DNA of 64,000 nt from Squalus acanthias (GCA_030390025.1 CM059431.1:115880001-115944000), one strand, 5' to 3'. Shown: positions 1-12,672, counted from the first letter of the stretch. Notes: generated from the letters alone by a model not told the origin. Translations and numbers: made by a program.

Positions 1-1230
1 CACACCCACATTTCACAGCTTGAACACACTGCCAGCTATTAACATGATAGCAACTTCACCCACACATATTGCACGACACTCTTGCAGGAGAAGGTGGTGC
101 ACAACCTGAGGTAGCAGGAACTAACCGGAGGGGGAGAGGCGCACCTGCATGTTCTAACCCCCATGGAGGAGACGGTGCTGGCCATTATCAGAAGGGCAAT
201 TGGTCATCTCTCAATCTCTCCTGACTTACAAGCTGCAGATGGTGTAAGCATGCACCTCTTGCTTTTACCCACTCCCCTCACCAAAACCATACCCTTGTGC
301 CTTTTTCCTTTCAGATACCCAAGAAGTGTAACCTGGCCAGGCAGTAGAGGAAGACCGAGAAGACAGTGATGATGAAGACACACCATCACTTGATTTCATA
401 CTCGCAGCCACCAGCTCAGATACTGACATTGCGCGTATCTTAGAGGATAGCATAGATGTGCGACGTGGTGAGACACCGGGCACAAGTGCACTGCAGCCAG
501 GGAAGAGTGCAAGGATAGCGTAGGTGCCAGCTCTCCAGAGGGCGAGGTCGTACACAAGTTCTACTGCAGAGGACTCAGATGAGGACTTTGATGGACCAGG
601 CTACAGAAGAAGGCTGATGGGTGTACACAACAAACTGATTGATGCATTGGGAAGCCTGCCTGAAAGGCTACACTCAATGTGAAGGAACATGGAGGAGTCT
701 GGCACCAACTTGGCACAGGGCTTTGTGCAGATTTTGGAGCCCATTCTATCTAGCATGGAACTGGTGGCCAACTCCATCAACACACTTGTGGACCCAACCA
801 TGATGCAGCATCTGATGGCCGATGTCTTAGCTTCCATTGCAGCACAAGCAGTTTCCACCAAAAACCTGAATGCTGCAGTGGAAGATCAGACTGATGTCAT
901 GCAAGCTCAGACTGCTGCCATCATGGCTGTGGATACCAGTGTTCAAAGGGGCTTTCAGGGTGTCACAGCAGTCCAGCAATCTGTCCTCCAACAGATTACT
1001 AGGGTTGCTGAGGCGTCGCCCCGGGGGAGTGGCAGTGGCTCCATGGAGCATGAGCCTGCCGTCCTCTCTCAGGGTGACAGCATTTGTGATCCCATCCCTG
1101 CCACTCCACCAGTGTCCTTTCTATTCCCTGTCAGCCAGCCAGCCCAGACTGCGGCCGCTCATGCCGAGATGGTCCAGTCTGAAGCCGGGCCTTCTAGGCC
1201 CAGAGCTGCTCGAGGTCATCCTGCAAGGCC
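1..1230 (+). pseudogene. Harbinger-associated Myb/SANT-like accessory gene fragment (intron 1, exon 2, intron, last exon), decayed
   Basis: Acceptors ttgcag (~87) and tttcag (~315). Peptide EESGTNLAQGF..EPILSSME..PVSQPAQTAAAHAEMVQSEAGPSRPRAARGHPARP is clearly homologous to the minus-strand copy at 1900-3240. In-frame stops present. Confidence 0.7.
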
Positions 1231-1508
1231 AGCACTGCCATTTTGGAGCTCCATGTTCCAGCTGACGCCCTCTCTTAACCTCGCACAGCTGAACACGTGT
1301 TAAGCAGGACCCGCCACCAGTGCCATTTAAAGGGATCATCAACTACTTACAGGTTAGGTGCTGGTTGATTTCTTCTGGCTGTTGCTACAATTTTTTGTGC
1401 TTTCCATAGTTGTTTCAAGTTTCAAAAGTCTACAGGGAGTGGTGTGGCAGGTGCTGAAGGACTTTTTGGTAACTTCAAGACTTCTGCACAAACCAGTTGC
1501 TCCCAGAC

Positions 1509-1741
1509 ATGGGTGCACGAGTAGGCCTACCTCTTGGAATCGAGCATGACTGGGAGAATGAGCAGAGGCCATGCAGAGCAGGACAAGCTGCTCGAAGAGG
1601 GAGGAGGAGGATGGGGAGGAAGAGGAGGATGAGGAGGAGAAGGAGGTGGAAGAGGAGGTAGAGGAAGGGAGGCTGCAGCTTTGACAACCCTTTTCTGCCC
1701 GGGCAGTACTTGAAGAACTAATTCAAGTGCGATACCAGTAA
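1509..1741 (+). pseudogene. Harbinger transposase remnant: N-terminal leader fused directly to the acidic C-terminus
   Basis: ATG 1509 MGARVGLPLG...RRGRRR runs into a GAG tract, then (shifted frame) EEEVEEG...ARAVLEELIQVRYQ*, resembling [11 protein letters not shown] at 19167. AATAAA at ~1834. Confidence 0.55.
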
Positions 1742-1899
1742 CCTCAACCCCAATTCTCCACTCACCAACAGTCCCACACCTTACCTTCCCTCTGTCACTG
1801 ATCATCACATCGCCCTCTTGGCCACAATGCAAAAATAAAAGCCAACACAAAATAAGCATTGCAAACCAAATTTATAATGTAAATCATGCCATATTGCAT

Positions 1900-4800
1900 A
1901 CAAACTCAAACTAATTACCCTTGTGCATTCCCTTAGTGTATGTCTGTCATGTGCCTTTGCTTGTCCTAGTGCTCCTATGAAGTGCTACCCCAGTGGCTGC
2001 AGCATGGCTGGGGGAAGGCTGCTGACTTTCAGTGGGGGAGACTGCAGATGGCCTTGCAGGATGACCTTGAGCAGCTCTGGGCCAAGAAGGCTCAGCTGTA
2101 GACTGCACCACCACGGCATGGGCGGCAGCAGTCTGGGCTGGCTGGCTGATGGGCAACAGTAAGGGCACTGGTGGAGTGGAAGTACGAATGCTGTCATCCT
2201 GAGAAAGGACGGCAAGGTTTGTGCTCCACGGAGCCACTGCCACTCCACCGGGGCAGCGCCTCTGTTGGAGGACAGACTGCTGGACTGCTGTGAGACCCTT
2301 TCACACTTGCAAACGCAGCCACGATGGCAGCAGTCTGAGCTTCCACTGCAGCACTTGGATATTGGATGGCTTCCGCTTGTGCTGCAGTGAAGCTGAGACA
2401 TTGCCCATCAGAAAATGCATCATGGTTGAGTCCACAAGTGCTCTAATGGAGTTGCCCATCACTTCCATCTTGGAAATCATGGACTCCAAACTCTGCGCAA
2501 AGCCCTGGGCAAGGTTGGAGCCAAACTCCTCCATGATCCTTGAAAGTGACAACAGGCTCTCTGGCAGGCCTGCCAATGCACCAAGCATTTCTGTGTGCAA
2601 GCCCATAACCATTCTTCTGAAGGCCGCCCCATCAAAATCCTCATCTGACTCCTCCACAGTGGAACTTGTGTGTGACCTTGCCCTCTGGGGAGCTGGCACC
2701 TGTGCTACCCTTTCCCCCTACCCTGGCTGCAGGCCACTTGTGCCCGGTGACTCACCACATGCAGATCCCACCTCTATACTACCCTCTAAAATTGGCGCAG
2801 TGCCATTTTCTGAGCTGGTGCCTGGGAGTGTCAGATCGAGTGACAGTGTCTCTTCTTCTCTATCAGTCTCCTCATGTACTTCCTGCACAGGCTGGGCTGG
2901 TTGGAGTTCTTGGGTATCTGGAAGGAGAAAGACACAAGGATTGGGTTGTGGTGAGGGGAGGGGAGAAAGCAAGATGTGCATATTTACACCATCAACAACT
3001 TGTAAGTGAGAAGAAATTGTGGGATGAGGGGGGAGTGGGATGTGAGAAGGAGGATCAGGTATGAGCATACCGTCATCATCAAAGCTTTCAGCCTCGACGA
3101 TCACCACAGCCTCAGTGACGTCCCCTCCAATGATATCCAGCACGATCTCCTCCAGCTGGGTCAGGATATGCAGCCTTGCCTGTCCTCCGCCATTAGCTGC
3201 TGCTGGCACTGGTTATGCACCACCTTGGCCTGCAAGAGAAAGGAAGGTGTGTCAGTGAGTGTAGTACAATGTATTTGGGTGACGTGCCTATCATGGTTGA
3301 ATAGTTAGCAATGAGTGCAAGGTGTGAGATGTGAATGTGAGGCTTGCAACAATGGTAAGTGTGTGAAGGTGAGGGGAAGCTATGATTGTGAAGTATGAGT
3401 CGCGATTGATAGAGATTGTTAGTAGGTGAGTGATGGGGGTGTGGTTCATTGGGCAGTGTGTGAGGCTAGTGGTGCAGTTGGTGGGATATGGCATTTGAAG
3501 ATGCATTCACTGACCATGACCACTCGTGTGAGGTCATTAAACTTCTTTCAGCACTGGATGCAGGTCCTGGGGGAAAGACTGGTGACACTAACTGCTTCAG
3601 CAACCTGCTCCCTCTGCCTTCTTACACTCTGTCTGGAGGGCCTCCTGGTCCCCTATGGGTAAAGGGCACGTCTCCTCCTTTCAACCCCCTGCACTAAAGC
3701 CTCCAGTGCTGTGTCATAAGAACATAAGAACATAAGAAATAGGAGCAGGAGTAGTCCATTCGGCCCTTCGCGCCTACTCCGCCATTCAATGAGATCATGG
3801 CTGATCTTCTGCCTCAACTCCATTCACCGGCCCTATCGCCATATCCCTTGATGCCCTTACTAGTCAGAAATCTATCAACTTCTCTTTTGAATATACCCAA
3901 TGACTGAGCCCTCTGGGGTAGAGAATTCCAAAGATTCACCACCCTCTTTGTGAAGAAGTTTCTTCTCATCTCAGTCCTGAATGACCTACCCTTTATCCTG
4001 AGGCTGTGGCCCCTGGTTCTGGACTCCCCAGCCAAGGGAAACATTCTCCCAGCATCCACCCTATCAAGCCCTGTAATAATTTTGTATGCTTCAATGAGAT
4101 CCCCTCTCATTCTTCTGAATTCAAGAGAATACATCTTAGTTTACTCAATCTCTTCTCATACGACAGTCTCACCATCCCAGGAATCAATCTCGTGAACCTT
4201 TGTTGCACTCCCTCTATGGCAAGTATATCCTTCCTTAGGTAAGGAGACCAAAATTGTACACAGTACTCTAGGTGTGGTCTCACCAAGGCCCTATATAATT
4301 GGAGTAAGACTTCTTTACTCCTGTACTCAAATCGTCTTGTAATGAAGGCCAGCATACCATTTGCCTTCCTAATGGCTTGCTGCACCTCCACATTCACTTT
4401 CAGTGACTCATGTACAAGGACATCCAGGACCCTTTGAGCATCTGCATTCCCCAATCTTTCACCATTTAGGAAATACTCTGCCTTTCTGTTTTTTTCTACC
4501 AAAGTGGATAACTTCACATTTATCCACATTATAATCCATCTGCCATGTTCTCGCGCACTCATTGAGCCTGTCGAGATCCCCTTGAAGCCTCTTCACATCC
4601 TCTTCGCAACTGACAATGCCACCTTGCTTTGTGTCATCAGCAAATTTGGAAATGTTACATTTAGTCCCCTCATCCAAATCATTGATATAGATTGTGAATA
4701 GCTAAGGCCCAAGCACCGATCCTTGCGGTACCCCACTTGTCACAGCCTGCCATCCTGAAAAAGACCCCTTTATCCCTACTCTTTGTTTTCTGTCTGTTAG

Positions 4801-5132
4801 ACAATTCTCAATCCATGCTAGTATATTACCCCCAATTCCATGTGCTCTAATTTTGTTCACCAACCTCTTGTGTGGGACCTTATCGAAGGCCTTCTGAAAA
4901 TCCAAATACACCACATCTACCGGTTCCCCTTTGTCTACTCCACTAGTTACATCCTCAAAGAACTCCAATAGTTTTGTCAAACAGGACTTCCCTTTCATAA
5001 ATCCATGTTGACTCTGCCCAATCTTACTATTAGTTTCTAAGTGCCCAGTTATTGCATCCTTTATAATAGATTCCAGCATTTTCCCAAAATGTCGGAGAAC
5101 CAAGGTGCTCTTTCTCTGCCCTGTTGAGCCAT
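1900..5132 (-). pseudogene. Harbinger Myb/SANT-like (MSANTD/NAIF1-type) accessory gene, 3 exons, exon 1 split by a CR1 insertion
   Basis: Rejoining across the CR1 gives MAQQGRERAPWFSD|TALEALVQGVERRRRALYP*GTRRPSRQ...VAEAVSVTSLSPRTCIQC*KKFNDLTRV, a Myb/SANT trihelix signature. Exon 2 reads GGGQARLHILTQLEEIVLDIIG. Confidence 0.8.
3716..5089 (-). mobile_element. 5'-truncated CR1 LINE (RT C-terminal part, 3' UTR and tail)
   Basis: Motifs QHGF..KSCLT, YLDFQKAFDKVPH, SGVPQGSVLGP, KFADD, LVRPHLEYCVQFWSP. (TTCTTATG)n tail at 3716-3740. 4-bp duplication TGTC at 3712-3715 and 5090-5093. Confidence 0.95.
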
Positions 5133-5649
5133 AGGTACCTTCCCCTTTCCTTTGCTACACTAACAATGAGGTGCTTCTTTCAGAAAGCACCTCCCTTTTA
5201 AGAAGTGCAGACTGTGTTTCACACTACAGGCTACCTTTAAATAGAGATCACACTTCCCACAAAATTGGGCCCCCTGCTGAATGCTGACCCAACCAGCAGA
5301 ACGTTCAGTGCTGGGCTCAGCACTTCAATCATGTTAATTTGCAGGCAGCATGAATTTTGCGTGCTGCCTGCATTACTTACAATGGACGCGAACAGATAGC
5401 GCATCGCAATCCCCGCGCCTGGTTTCGGCCCTTATCGAATTTACCCCTCCAAGTACCTTACTGGCTACAGTTCCACTGCCCTCAATGTGCCGTGGTGAAT
5501 TTCCTAGCATCCACTGGGGAATCTCATGAGTAAGCTGCCTTGCTGTACTGCAATTGTGACCAACAGCCCCACTAATGCAGTTGAGTAGTCACTGACAGGG
5601 ACAGCAGAGGGAGTAGCAGTTTTCCAAAATTGCTGGTTTCCCAAAGGTA

Positions 5650-6200
5650 AAGGGCATTGTCCACCATTACATATAGACATATACCCACCATTACCTCTAT
5701 GGGATGGCTGAATAGGAAGTGTGTCTATTCGATACAAATGCACAGGTTAGGTCACCAGTGCACAGTTCCTGGAGGTACGTGTGACGCTTTTATATTGAGG
5801 AAATCAGAAAGAAGGATGGTCGACTGGACCCTGGGACATACATAATGTAATCAAGGCTGATGACGCCTCTGCACAACTCACTTACCACAGCAAAGAAAAG
5901 ATATAATGAGGCAGATGGACATACAAGAGCTTTCAATGAGCAAGAATTTGGAGTGCTGAAACAACGGTTTCTATACTTGGACCAGTTAGCGAGTGGGACC
6001 TTATAATATGTTACAGAGGAGCTGTGCAAGTTATTTTGTGTGCTGTACAATATTATTATGGACAGAGGCCTCACCATGCGTCTGAATGAGCAGTGGTGGG
6101 AAGCCATGATGTGCAGCAGTCATCAGCAGTAGCTCAGCCACTGCAGGGAGAGAAACAGGTGTGTGACCAGCTCATTGCTAAGTTCTGCCAATGAGCTGTA
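5650..6200 (+). pseudogene. Highly decayed Harbinger transposase fragment
   Basis: Residual motifs PGGTCDAFILRKS and YNEADGHTRAFNEQEFGVLKQRFLYLD resemble the HARBI1-type PGSxHD and TRxxIExxFGxLKxRF motifs. Confidence 0.6.
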
Positions 6201-6418
6201 GAATTGGACATTATTATTTTCTATGGCCATCTTTATAATTATGGAACCGTTATGTGCAGTCCCCATTTAGTCTTTGCTGTATAGGTCTCCTTTTTATTTT
6301 TTTTGATAACCAACGATTAATTTTCTGCTCGATTAAATAATGGAAGACTGCAAGATTTATGAATTCATTAACTTAAGTTGTAAAATGCGCGTGAGCAAAG
6401 TCTTTCACTGCATTTTAC

Positions 6419-6605
6419 CCGTTATGTGTTTTGAATTTCTCCATGTTGATTGTAGACACGCCCCTATTACTAAGCGTTTCGATAATTGGAAGAGCAGCAC
6501 TGATGGAGCTCCGAGAGAGCTGGAAGATTTGGATTGCAAGGGATACAAAAGCTTTGCTTTCTGTATCTGATGGATCTGCATCAATGTCAGGAGTCACACG
6601 GACAT
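6419..6605 (-). CDS. Candidate internal coding exon (187 bp, phase 1 to 2) of an unidentified host gene
   Basis: Strong acceptor ttggtcttttcttgtcctttttcag| and donor GG|gtaaaa. Only one frame is open: (D)VRVTPDIDADPSDTESKAFVSLAIQIFQLSRSSISAALPIIETLSNRGVSTINMEKFKTHNG. No resemblance to a repeat. Confidence 0.55.
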
Positions 6606-6959
6606 CTGAAAAAGGACAAGAAAAGACCAACTGATCTATTAAGCATGTTCCCTCCCAACATGATACAACCAACAGGCATTTTGAGCGTAGCCCCGCCCCC
6701 CCTTCTGCCATGTCATTTCCTGGGAGGGGCTAAAAAGCAGAGAAAAAAACGTAGGCTATTTTGGGAACAAATTCTGAAAAATTTCTTTTAGATCTCCAAA
6801 GGCAACATGTTCCAGGAGACTGCAGTGACTGATATCATTAGCAGCAACTCATCCAGCAACCTTTTGAAGGCCTGCTGTGAATCCATACTCACTGCACATA
6901 CTGACAACCTATTCTAGAGGTCGATGACTCTACGAAAAGAAGTATTACCTGGCACCTAA

Positions 6960-7370
6960 AGTGTGTTAATGCTTTCAGAACTTGTAGTGATGCCCCTTGG
7001 TCATTCCCTGCCTCTCTAGCTCAAATAACCTGTCCACTTGAACAGAATCTAATCCCTTCGTTATTTTAAAGAACTTGATCATATTCCCTTGAAATCTATG
7101 GTTTACCAGTGCAAAAATCCCCAGTTCCATTATCCACTCCTGAGGTCTTTAGACTAGTTATCAATTGAGTGGTTCTGTTCTGAACGTTTTTTCAAAGCCT
7201 TGCTGTCTCCCACCATTTGAGGGAATCAAAACTGGCCACTTTATTCTAGATGCAACTGAATCAAGGCCTCTGGACCAGGTAAGAATTGTACTGCTGGTTT
7301 AATATTTAATTGTCCTAGCTATACACCATCTACGCTTTCACAACAGCTCCTCAACACTGGTAATGGACTA
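6960..7370 (-). mobile_element. Old CR1-like LINE fragment (apparently resumes at ~8104-8150)
   Basis: Degenerate CR1 C-terminal motifs on the minus strand (LE*SGQF*FP, similar to LEYCVQFWSP). Confidence 0.5.
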
Positions 7371-7373
7371 GAT

Positions 7374-8103
7374 GGGGGAGAAATTCGGTGGCACCCCTTT
7401 GGAGCGCTAAGCCCCCCGAAAAGGTTAGCACCCCTGCACCATAAATTCAGTAGTAGCGCCCCAAGCAGGAGGCGTGGCACTACTGGAAGCGCTCCCCCTC
7501 CTTCTTGGGGTGCTACCAGTGAATTACACGGCGCCACGTGCAACAGCGCCACGCGCTTCGGCACGTAGCGCCGCATCATTACAGGCCTCTCTCCCCTGAT
7601 TAAAGGGGAAGGGCCTAGCGCTGGGTGCACCAGGGCCCTGCTGGACCACCGTGGAGCGGGGTGCCAGGTAAACAGCCCAGCACACGAGAGGAGTGCCGGG
7701 CTGAGAGATCGCGGCCGACACCCCGATGAAAATAGGGGAAGGGGGCAGGTGCTGGCAATCGCCCAAAAATAAAATGGCCGCCCGACACCTGCCCTTTAAG
7801 TAGCGCGCCGCGGCTGCAAAAATGCCACCCTGACCCTGTCGGACATATCGTCCGGCGATAGGTCAGGGGGGGCGCAACCCAAGTTTGCGGCCGGGTCACG
7901 AGCGGAGCGCTGCGCACAGTGATGATGTCATTGCCGGTGGCGCAGCACTGCAGGGCGCTACCGGCTACCGCCACCGTTAACCTTCCGCTGAGTTTCGCGG
8001 GAGGCATTAGCGGCGCCGCGACTAGGCACTAGTGGCTTTGCGCCCCGTTAGCCCCCCCCCGGGGGCACTAACGGGAGGCGCAAAGCAACCCACATTTTCC
8101 CCC
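7374..8103. mobile_element. GC/CpG-rich Harbinger-type MITE (family A)
   Basis: Termini gggggagaaatt / attttccccc. Homologous to 21478-22220, 43922-44530 and 44724-45486. Confidence 0.75.
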
Positions 8104-8239
8104 TATATGTTTTGTGATAATAACTCTCAGGTCCTTCTCCACTCACTAGATTTGAGTGGGAAAACCTGCAACCCTGGGTACACCGTTTATGTTGAAATTT
8201 GGTGATCGAAGGCTGGTACCATCACCAATAAGACAGTAA

Positions 8240-8490
8240 GCAAGTGCCCCCTTTTAATGGGGCACAACCAAGAAATCCCAAATTAAACCAAATTTAAATG
8301 AAACTTAACAAATCAAATCAAAACTTTGTTCCTGGAGATGATGAAGCACTCCAGTCCCTGCGGTGCCCACCGATCGCGGAAGGCCTCAAGCGTGCCAGCG
8401 GACACTGCCTGCTCCATCTCCAGGGACACCCAGGCGCGAACATAACCACGGAAGAGAGGCAGGGAGTCGGGCCGAACGACCCCCTCGACC
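8240..8490 (-). mobile_element. L1-Tx1-type non-LTR retrotransposon 3' fragment
   Basis: Minus strand reads VEGVVRPDSLPLFRGYVRAWVSLEMEQAVSAGTLEAFRDRWAPQGLEC..., typical of a Tx1 ORF2 C-terminus, followed by a T-rich 3' UTR. Confidence 0.65.
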
Positions 8491-9019
8491 TCAACCCTGG
8501 GTACATGCCGGGAATTACCTCAGCCCGAATGCATCATGTTGCAGTTGTCTACATTGAAAGACATCTGCCACAAAAGGTAGCCGTTCCCCCAATGTGTCTG
8601 GATCCGTCTCAGACTATTTATTTTGTTTAAGGTCCTAACTCCCGCTTATAACTTCATGTCATCAGAAAATATTTTTTAAAGGTGTACTTCAGTAATTTAA
8701 AACCGGGTTACTCGGTGGATTGACACTGTGATTAAAAATACAATTTTTTTTTTGATAAACCTATTTTCAGCTGTTTTAATCAAACTGCACTTTTAAGTAC
8801 AAGAAGGAAAATTTCTTAAAGCAAATTTATTTTTAAAAAGTACCTTTTAAAACGCTGCCCAATTGCGCTGGTTCGTGACAGATTTTGCGTTCAGCGATAT
8901 GCAAATGAGTTTGAGCAGAAACTCGGGGGTGGGGGGGGAAAACTCTTTTCAAAATGGGCGCAACTTTGGGTGCAATTTGTGTTGGAATCGGCGATTGTGC
9001 CAAAGTGGAAACTCCACCC

Positions 9020-9600
9020 TGCTATGTCCAGCAGACTTCCACCATCCACCAAATTTGTAACCTTCTCAAAAAATTCGATCAGGTTGGTGAGACAGGACCT
9101 CCTTTTCCAGAATCCATGCTGGGATTCCCTAATAACCCCTACTCTTTCTCGATGATCATGCAACTAATAATACCTTCTAGCAACTTGCCTAAAAAATGAA
9201 GTTAAACTAATAGGCCTATAGGTTCTAACTTATTGCCCTTTTTTAAATATAGGCACCATATGAGCCTCTCTCCAATCCGTGGGAATAATCCGAGACCCTG
9301 AGTGGTTTAAAAATACAGCCGCCATTTATTTTAGCACCCTAGGGTGAAAGTCATCAGGACCAGCGACCCGATCTGCTTTAAGAGACCTCATTCTAGTGAG
9401 GACTATTTTTGCATCCACTTCCACACATTAAATTTTAGCATCACTTCCTTGTAACAGCACTGGTAAGAAAATCATCTTCATACTGAACACTGATGCAGAG
9501 TAACCATTTAATCCCTCAGCCACATCTCGGGATTCCACCGAAACATGCCCTGCAGAATCCCTCAATGGTCCAATGCAGTCATTGATGGTTCTCTGATTCC
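9020..9600 (-). mobile_element. CR1 LINE RT fragment (old)
   Basis: IRESQHGFWKRRSCLTNLIEFFEKVT motif. Confidence 0.75.
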
Positions 9601-9643
9601 TACCATAGCCACAAAAAAGACTTTGCTGTCACTACCAGTTCAA

Positions 9644-10106
9644 TAAAAAAAAGAAAGACTTGCATTTATATAGCACCTTTCATGACCACTGGACATCCCA
9701 AAGCACATGACAACTTTTTGAAGAATAGTCACTGCTGTAATGTAGGAAACACAGCAGCCAATTTGTGCACAGCAAGCTCCCACAAACAGCAATGTGCTAA
9801 TGACCAGATAATCTGTTTTAGTGTTGTTGATTGAGGGATAAATATTGGCCAGGACATTGGGGATAACTCCCCTGCTCTTCTTCGAAATAGTACCATGGGA
9901 TCTTTTATATCCACCTGAAAGAGCAGACGGTACCTCAGTTTAATGTCTCATCTGAAAGACGGCACCTCCGACAGTGCAGCACTCCCTCAGCACTGCACTG
10001 GAGTGTCAGCCTAGATTTTGTGCTCAAGTCCCTGGAGTGGGACCCTGGGGACTTGAACCCACAACCTTCTGACTCAGAGGCGAGGGTGCTGGCCACTGAG
10101 CCACAG
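9644..10106 (-). mobile_element. tRNA-derived Deu-domain SINE (SacSINE1-like), full length
   Basis: Minus-strand tRNA head TGTGGCTCAGTGG...GGGTTCAAGTCCC, Deu core (gatgagacattaaac...gaagaagagcaggggagttatcccc), and L2-type tail ...tatataaatgcaagtctttcttt. Confidence 0.85.
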
Positions 10107-10645
10107 CGCTGGCAGAAGTCATGTCTACTGTCACTTGTGCGGGGATGTGTGATGACGCCTATGATGTAAATGCCAAAAGCAAAACAAATTCAATAGCTAA
10201 TTAAAAGAAGTCAGCAATGAGCTTCTGACAAATCTGCTGCTCCACACGTGCACAGTGGAGGGCTTCACGTCCTGTCAGGTACACCCAGTCATTAATAAAG
10301 CGTCTACTCTGTTAAGAAATATTACGGCACTTTTGCATCTTCTTTGCGGACTTTCCCTGCCAGAAAATGTGCACATGTTTCTCCCTAATGCAATTTCTCA
10401 TCATCTCCAGAGCCTGGTCCATGAAACAGGGGATATATTGCTGTCATTCAGCCATGTATGACTGCAATTCCGCACTTCATAGCCGGCTTCTTGGATTTTT
10501 TGAAATTTATGAGTGTCAAGTGCCTCAATAGCTGCTTCAGAAGTGTGAAAGCTCACTATTGGAGGTGTGTCGTTATTGACTCCTACGTTTTGATTGCATC
10601 TCTTATAGTCATCGTGTAGAAGAAATGCCACATACTCCCATGATT

Positions 10646-12095
10646 TTTTTTTAAAATTTGTTCCTGGGATGTGGGCATCACTGGCAAGGCCACCATTTAT
10701 TGCCCATCCCTAGTTGCCCTTGAGAAGGTGGTGGTGAGCCGCCGCCTTGAACCGCTGCAGTCCGCGTGACGAAGGTACTCCCACAGTGCTGTTAGGGAGG
10801 GAGTTCCAGGATTTTGACCCAGCGACGATGAAGGATCGGCGATATACTTCTAAGTCAGGATGGTGTGTGACTTAGAGGGGAACTTGGAGGTGGCGGTGTT
10901 CCCATGCGCCTGCTGCCCTTGTCCTTCTAGGTGGAAGAGGTTGCGGGCTTGGAAGAAGCCTTGGCGAGTTGCTGCAGTGCATCTTGTAGATGGTACACAC
11001 TGCAGCCACGGTACGCCGGTGGTGGAGACAGTGAATGTTTAAGGTGGTGGATGGGGTGCCAATCAAGCGGGCTGCTTTGTCCTGGATGGTGTCGAGTTTC
11101 TTGAGTGTTGTTGGAGCTGCACTCATCCAGGCAAGTGGAGATTATTCCATCACACTCCTTACTTGTGCCTTGTAGATGGTGGAAAGGCTTTGGGGAGTCA
11201 GGAGGTGAGACACTCGCCACAGAATACCTAACCTCTGGCTTGCTCTTGTTGCCACAGTATTTATGCGGCTGGTCCAGTTAAGTTTCTGGTCCATGGTGAC
11301 CCCCAGGATGTTGATGGTGGGGGATTCGGCGATGGTAATGCCGTTGAATGTCAAGGGGCGGTGGTTAGACTCTCGCTTGTTGGAGATAGTCATTGCCTGG
11401 CACTTCTGTGGCGCGAATGTTACCTGCCACTTTTCAGCCCAAGCCTGAATGTCATCCAGGTCTTGTTGCATGCGGGCATGGACTGCTTCATTATCTGAGG
11501 AGTTGTGAATGGCGCTGAACACTGTGCAGTCATCAGCAAAGATCCCCATTTCTGACCTTATGTTGGAGGGAAGGTCATTGATGAAGCAGCTGAAGATGGT
11601 TGGGCCTAGGACACTGCCCTGAGGAACTCCTGCAGCAATGTCCTGGGGCTGTGATGATTGACCTTCAATCACCACAACCATCTTCCTTTGTGCTAGGTAC
11701 TGGAGAGTTTTCCCCCCGATTCCCATTGATTTCTGTTTTACTAGGGCTCCTTGATGCCACACTCAGTCAAATGCTGCCTTGATGTCTAGGGAAGTCACTC
11801 TCACCTCACCTCTGGAATTCAGCTCCTTTGTCCATGTTTGGACCAAGGCTGTAATGAGGTCAGGAGCCGAGTGGTCTTGGCGGAACCCAAACTGGGCATC
11901 AGTGAGCAGGTTATTGGTGAGTAAGTGCCGCTTGATAGCACTGTTGATGACACCTTCCATCACTTTGCTGATGATTAAGAGTAGACTGATGGGGCGGTAA
12001 TTGGCCGGGTTGGATCTGTCCTGCTTTTTGTGGACAGGACATACCTGGGCAGTTTTCCACATTGTTGGATGCCAGTGTTGTAGCTGTACTGGAAC
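10646..12095 (-). mobile_element. 5'-truncated CR1/L2-group LINE (RT and 3' end), a different family from 3716-5089
   Basis: NYRPISLL, QFGFR, LDIKAAFD, GVPQGSVLGP, FADD motifs; poly(A) end. Possible TGATT duplication at 10641 and 12096. Confidence 0.9.
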
Positions 12096-12433
12096 TGATT
12101 CAGTTGTCATTTCTTAAAAATGGTCATAAAAGATGCTTTTCTCTCCTTTTTTCAGACCAGAGTAATATCAACCCCATTGTTATTTAAACCCAAGCTCAAA
12201 AGAATGCCCTCCACTGCATCAGTACCACATTTTCACTTTAGACACACGAGACATCTTTACCGCCTCTTGTTGCTGATTAGCGCCCAAACTATAACAAACC
12301 TTTTATTAGCTGCAAACGTGCTTTCTTGGAAATTGATTGGGACTGTTCAGATTAATTTCATTTAGAAGGTTCAGTCATCAGAGAGGAGACTTTCTTTCCA
12401 TCAATGTGCTTGGGTCAATTGGAAATAAAACAC

Positions 12434-12671
12434 TGTGGCGGATCGCCACTGAAACGGGCATAATCCACTCTTCCGTCTGTGTACAAATATCCAGCACCTT
12501 CCCTTTAAGGCACCTTACCTTTAAGGCAGGAGTGGGCGGGGCCTCAGGGTTTGCCCAGAGAATTCTGGGGGCTTTTCTGTTCAGCCATTTTGGACCATGC
12601 TGTGATTAAAAAGTCTCTTGTTTAACACACATGGATTCAGCCTTAATTCGTGTTTCGCGGCAGCCTCAACA
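12434..12671 (+). repeat. 5' LTR (238 bp)
   Basis: Direct repeat of 16529-16766; about 8 substitutions by eye. Confidence 0.95.
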
Positions 12672-12672
12672 T

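Larger units (their letters stand above)
1240..5450. mobile_element. Non-autonomous PIF/Harbinger element: internally deleted transposase (+) and convergent Myb/SANT gene (-), interrupted by a CR1
   Basis: Same convergent layout as the element at 17370-23700. Right end gaatttacccc at ~5448. Left boundary approximate. Confidence 0.65.

Noticed and set aside
10401..10631. 76-aa minus-strand ORF in unique sequence
   Set aside because: No clear splice sites or recognisable domain.
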